Shown here: positions 60,046 to 64,000 of the stretch, in pieces
Numbering within the stretch: the first letter of the stretch is position 1
How the letters are laid out: each line of letters opens with the position of its first letter
Source: a virus
Virus record (IMG/VR): IMGVR_UViG_3300023179_000040
Coordinates: 42,613-106,612 of that record
DNA length: 64,000 nt
Direction: 5' to 3' (one strand)
The notes under the pieces: generated by a model
What the model was told of the DNA's origin: nothing
The model's database searches: none
What the model saw: the letters and a program-made list of their open reading frames with translations, nothing else
Made by a program: the position numbers and the translations under genes

Positions 60046-60507
60046 CTACAAACCAACAGCTTCTATAAAAGCATTATTTAAATCTTCTTCAGACAATCCT
60101 AGAGCTAATGATAATGGAACTAACATAGGATGACTTTTTTCAATATATGGAGCATATTCCCACTCTACTCTAGTTTTTTCCCTTAAAATTGGATCTTCTA
60201 TACTATCAATAGCTCTCTCTACAGAACTTAAAGAAATTCCCCTATTAATTAGCCATAATCTTACTTGTCTAGCACTAACTCTTGGTTCTGGTAATACTGG
60301 TTCATTTTCACTATTAATTCTAGGAGAGATCATAACCTCATTACATTTGCTAACATATTCATTATAATCATTTCCAATATAATATAGAGTCCAACCATTA
60401 CCAACAGTAGTTACCTGATCAGGACCAGTAATTCCATCAGCATAACTTCCATTATTAGTAATAATCCAATACGAGATTGAATCTGGTTTGTTAATTTGAG
60501 CTGTCAT
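60046..60507 (-). CDS. Tail-fibre-associated protein
   Basis: VSARQVRLWL...EWEYA...HP...ALGL...F..A; start reassigned to the ATG at 60507 with AAGGA RBS. Confidence 0.6.
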   Translation of the reverse strand: MTAQINKPDSISYWIITNNGSYADGITGPDQVTTVGNGWTLYYIGNDYNEYVSKCNEVMISPRINSENEPVLPEPRVSARQVRLWLINRGISLSSVERAIDSIEDPILREKTRVEWEYAPYIEKSHPMLVPLSLALGLSEEDLNNAFIEAVGL

Positions 60508-60529
60508 AAAATTCCTTTCGTATAAAAAA

Positions 60530-62215
60530 TTAAACGCTTCCACCATCTGTAATCGTCCACCCGTAACTAACCAATGCTGCTCGTGCTGTTGCTGCGGCAC
60601 CGCCTGCGGTATATTTTGCTCCGCCAAAATTTGGTCGTAAATCGGTTCGCCAATTAGCTACTCCGTTAGTTGCTGCTAACTTATTATTGTTCCAGCCTAT
60701 TAATAATGCGTCGTAGTTTGCTGTTGATAATGCAACTATTGAACCTCCTGTTTTATTTAACATAAAATTATCTAGGCTAGTACTAGCATTAAGACCAGCC
60801 AAATTCCAATTGCTTATATTTTGGTCAAATAAACGAGCTGCACTAAACATACTACTCATATCAGCTACTTTACTAACATTCCAATTGCCTATGGGTTGAT
60901 TAAAATATGTATTATAAAACATTAAAGTCATAGTAGTAACATTACTAGTATTCCATCCATTTATACTTGAACTACCACCATTATTAAAAGGAGTATTATT
61001 ATAGAACATTAAACTCATATTAGTAACACTACTAGTATTCCAAGATCCTATATCTTGATTAAAACCACTAGCAGAAGTAATATTTGCAAACATATTACTC
61101 ATATTAGTAACTTTAGATGTATCCCAACTGGAAATAGAGTTATTATTAAATGCAGAGCTTTGAAACATACTTGAACAATTTGCTCCAGCAGTATCTGCGC
61201 CAAGAGCCCAACCACTTAAACTACTATTAAAGCTACCAGCACCGTTAAACATACTAGTAAAATTAGTAACTTTTCTAACATTCCAATTACTTAAATTTTG
61301 ATTAAAAACTGTATTGTAAAAAAACATACTACTCATATCTGTAGCTTTAATGGTATTCCAAGATCCTATTGGTTGATTAAAAGGAGTATTGTTGCTAAAC
61401 ATACTACCCATATCCGTAGCATTACTAGTATCCCAAGAACTAATATTTTGATTAAATGCTGATCCATTAAAAATGCCTCTAAAAGTAGTAACTTTAGAAG
61501 TATTCCAATTATTCAATGGCTGGTTCATAGCAGTGCTCTGAAACATATAGCTCATATCTGTTACATTACTAACATTCCAATTATTTAAATTTTGATTAAA
61601 TGAACCTGCTCCATTAAATAAACCTTGCATACTGGTAACATTACTAACATCCCAAGAGCTTAATTTAGGATCATTCAAAAAAAAACAACCAGCGAAACAA
61701 CTATTTAAATTAGTAATAGTAGTGGGTATAGATTTAGGTATTTCTATCAAATTTGGGTGACCAATATTAGAGCTATTACTAAAACCATAATTTAATGATG
61801 TCAAAGAGGGTAAATTGCCAAAACTTAATAATTTAATTGTTTTATTATTATTAGAATTAGTAAAATTAGAACCAAAAACTACTAAACTACCACTAATTTG
61901 AACAGTATAAATTCCATGATTATTATAAGTATATGTAATATTAGAAGATCCAGAATAAGAATTAATAATTCCGTCTCCCCAATCAATAACTATATTATAT
62001 GATCCTCCTCCAACTTGTAGAGTTATGCTGGTATTAGTTCCGTATCTAGTATCATAAACCAAGACTAGTTTATTATTTAAATCAATTTTCCAATCGCCAC
62101 CAGGATAATGATAGGGCATGGGCAGAGGGTTGGGTGAACCAGTTAATACCCTTGGTAATCCAGCATCAAATCCAGGTTTCCCATAAACATCTTGAACAAA
62201 TATACCATTATTCAC
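60530..62215 (-). CDS. DUF285/BspA-type LRR repeat fibre protein
   Basis: About 10 repeats of FNQxxxxWNTSxVTxMxxMF; PKD-like IDWGDG; C-cap NYDALLIGW...GWTITDGG. Confidence 0.85.
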   Translation of the reverse strand: MNNGIFVQDVYGKPGFDAGLPRVLTGSPNPLPMPYHYPGGDWKIDLNNKLVLVYDTRYGTNTSITLQVGGGSYNIVIDWGDGIINSYSGSSNITYTYNNHGIYTVQISGSLVVFGSNFTNSNNNKTIKLLSFGNLPSLTSLNYGFSNSSNIGHPNLIEIPKSIPTTITNLNSCFAGCFFLNDPKLSSWDVSNVTSMQGLFNGAGSFNQNLNNWNVSNVTDMSYMFQSTAMNQPLNNWNTSKVTTFRGIFNGSAFNQNISSWDTSNATDMGSMFSNNTPFNQPIGSWNTIKATDMSSMFFYNTVFNQNLSNWNVRKVTNFTSMFNGAGSFNSSLSGWALGADTAGANCSSMFQSSAFNNNSISSWDTSKVTNMSNMFANITSASGFNQDIGSWNTSSVTNMSLMFYNNTPFNNGGSSSINGWNTSNVTTMTLMFYNTYFNQPIGNWNVSKVADMSSMFSAARLFDQNISNWNLAGLNASTSLDNFMLNKTGGSIVALSTANYDALLIGWNNNKLAATNGVANWRTDLRPNFGGAKYTAGGAAATARAALVSYGWTITDGGSV

Positions 62216-62598
62216 AAGTCTGCCCCTAAAGCAAATACATTGATAGCTTCAGCATTGTTGGTGCTAGCAGTAATTTTCCAGTTATTACTAGGCAATATAA
62301 GATTATTATAAGTAGTACTTACTCTGGTACCTTTGGTACTGGCTCCTACAGTAGCTGCTGCTATACTTACTTCATCGAACATTCTGGTAGTAGAACCATC
62401 TGTAATAAATAATCTTACCATACCAGCAGTAGTAGTAACTGTTGCTTGAACTACAATTTCTGCTATTCTGGTTCCTGTGCTGGCCCCCACAATAAGATCA
62501 GCATAAGTGCCCGTGGTGCCATCTCTATTAGTGTTAGCCGTACTTACCTGAGTAAAACCTATACGCGGAGTAACCGCAAAAACCGGATTAGTTGCCAT
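62212..62598 (-). CDS. Putative virion structural protein
   Basis: STANTNRDGT...TTTAGMVRLF; beta-rich; GGAG RBS. Confidence 0.55.
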   Translation of the reverse strand: MATNPVFAVTPRIGFTQVSTANTNRDGTTGTYADLIVGASTGTRIAEIVVQATVTTTAGMVRLFITDGSTTRMFDEVSIAAATVGASTKGTRVSTTYNNLILPSNNWKITASTNNAEAINVFALGADL

Positions 62599-62610
62599 TT
62601 TTTTCTCCTA

Positions 62611-62838
62611 TTATCTAAAGTTTGCCCATAAATATAACATGCTGCCCACATTACTAACTACCCCACTAGAACTAACATTCAAACCGGCCCCAATTTGAAC
62701 TCCCCCAATGCTACTAGTAGTAGCTATTGGCAAACTATATGAAACTAGTTGCCATGCTGATCCGTTCCATTTATATAAACGATTATTCACAGAAGCTGTT
62801 TGATTTAAAACCGGATTGTTTGGAAAATTAAGTGCCAT
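62611..62838 (-). CDS. Short tail-fibre-like protein
   Basis: MALNFP..P...WNGSAW and LPIAT..IGGVQIGAGL fibre motifs. Confidence 0.6.
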   Translation of the reverse strand: MALNFPNNPVLNQTASVNNRLYKWNGSAWQLVSYSLPIATTSSIGGVQIGAGLNVSSSGVVSNVGSMLYLWANFR

Positions 62839-62849
62839 GATTAAATACT

Positions 62850-63998
62850 CTATAAATTTTTAATTGTATTAATTAAACTATTGATTCTTGATTCTAATAA
62901 GCTTAATGTTAAATAAGCTCCAACAAAATAAAATGCTATTTTCCCATCGAACCATTGAACATCACCTCTAGAAAATATATTCCAATTACTATTAGGTATA
63001 CTTTCTGAGTTTCTAGTAATAATAGTGTCTGATGATAATGATCGAACTATATAATTAGTAGAATTATTTCTAGATGATCCATAAAAACCAGCAAAAGGAG
63101 ATTTGATTCCTAAGTTATCAGGAGTAACACTTCTATTCCATACAAGTAATGACCCATCCGGGAAATATGATGGAGTTATAGCAGAACTACCCGCCACGCC
63201 ACCTCCTCCATTGCTAATGGCTTGACCATTAAATATTGATGGCAATGAATTAATATAAACTCCAAAAGAAAAATTATTTTGATTATCTATAGATGCTAGT
63301 CTATTTGTATTTATATACTTATTAGTAGTATTACCTTGTAATCCTAATGAATTACCTTTCCTAGTATAGTCAGAAGATACAAAATTAAAATTTGTAAGGC
63401 TTGGTCCTTTTAATGGAATTAAACAGCCATTAAGTGTTTTAGCTCCACAAAAAATAGCGCAACTCCCGATAGCAGACCAAATACCGTCAGATTTACATCC
63501 AATTACAAAATTGTCTATAGCTTGTCTTAAAGAAGGCTCTAAATGATCACCATCGGCAATTTCAACAGCTTGAATATATGTCAGAGCATCATAATCTATA
63601 GGTTGATAATTTAATATTCTATCTATACTTAATAAAAATTTATTAATACATTGCTGTAATAATCTTAAATCTAAACTTTCTCCTATACTATAAAAAGAAG
63701 CTCTAGATGATGAATTACTCAAGCCGCTCATAAAACCTAATATTGCTATATTACTAGAATTAGCATTATTATTAGAGACACTATTAATATTCTGAGTAAT
63801 ATTATTTAATCTAATAGAAATTGTTGAGCTATTATTTCTTGAAATTCCAATGAAACCAGCTGGATAAGTAAAACCGATTGTATTGTTAGAGGAAGAATTA
63901 AGCATCAACTGTAGTCCATTAATATTGCTTCCTATTAATGAACCACTACTGCTTCCTGTTCCTATCAAGCCATTAGAGACTAAAGACGATGGTGATCC
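62850..63998 (-). CDS. Tail-fibre-like protein with tandem lectin-like domains (5' truncated by window edge)
   Basis: Frame is open to the window end; DALTYIQAVEIADG...GCKSDGIW unit; two units ending FYSIGESLDL and FYFVGAYLTL. Confidence 0.6.
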   Translation of the reverse strand, partial: GSPSSLVSNGLIGTGSSSGSLIGSNINGLQLMLNSSSNNTIGFTYPAGFIGISRNNSSTISIRLNNITQNINSVSNNNANSSNIAILGFMSGLSNSSSRASFYSIGESLDLRLLQQCINKFLLSIDRILNYQPIDYDALTYIQAVEIADGDHLEPSLRQAIDNFVIGCKSDGIWSAIGSCAIFCGAKTLNGCLIPLKGPSLTNFNFVSSDYTRKGNSLGLQGNTTNKYINTNRLASIDNQNNFSFGVYINSLPSIFNGQAISNGGGGVAGSSAITPSYFPDGSLLVWNRSVTPDNLGIKSPFAGFYGSSRNNSTNYIVRSLSSDTIITRNSESIPNSNWNIFSRGDVQWFDGKIAFYFVGAYLTLSLLESRINSLINTIKNL

Positions 63999-64000
63999 TG

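Noticed and set aside
60508-60627. N-terminal extension of ORF 60046-60627
   Set aside because: Overlaps the DUF285 gene in another frame; the ATG at 60507 has a good RBS

Overview
AT-rich (about 30% GC by eye), gene-dense segment of a large dsDNA tailed phage genome. No rRNA, tRNA or CRISPR array is visible. Two convergent blocks meet at about 25.8 kb. The plus strand (1-25.8 kb) holds virion/fibre genes: a cluster of modular Thr/Pro-linker, Cys-rich proteins followed by three large structural ORFs (652, 2087 and 2247 aa). The minus strand (25.8-64 kb), read right to left, holds tail-fibre-like genes, a membrane-protein/papain-peptidase module, nucleotide metabolism (dCMP deaminase, nrdB, intein-containing nrdA, MazG-like, intein-containing phoH), recombination/replication (recA, dnaB, primase, dNMP kinase, Cas4-like nuclease, an intein-less split dnaE bracketing dnaQ, ssb), and a translationally coupled 8-gene glyco-enzyme-like operon. 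Best candidates for undescribed biology: (1) an operon with one intact GT4 and seven intact but motif-degenerate glyco-enzyme-like genes, possibly glycosylating mucin-like T/P- and [ST]G-rich virion proteins or DNA; (2) a fibre-domain shuffling locus where nucleotide-identical T/P linker DNA joins different N-domains to foreign high-GC Cys-rich cassettes, with recombination scars; (3) a circularly permuted FGE-sulfatase/CLec domain; (4) the split DnaE with nested exonuclease; (5) a Pro-start class 3 intein in PhoH; (6) a phage-specific GGTGTAT-N5-WAT promoter motif. All family calls come from motif recognition by eye. No searches were run.
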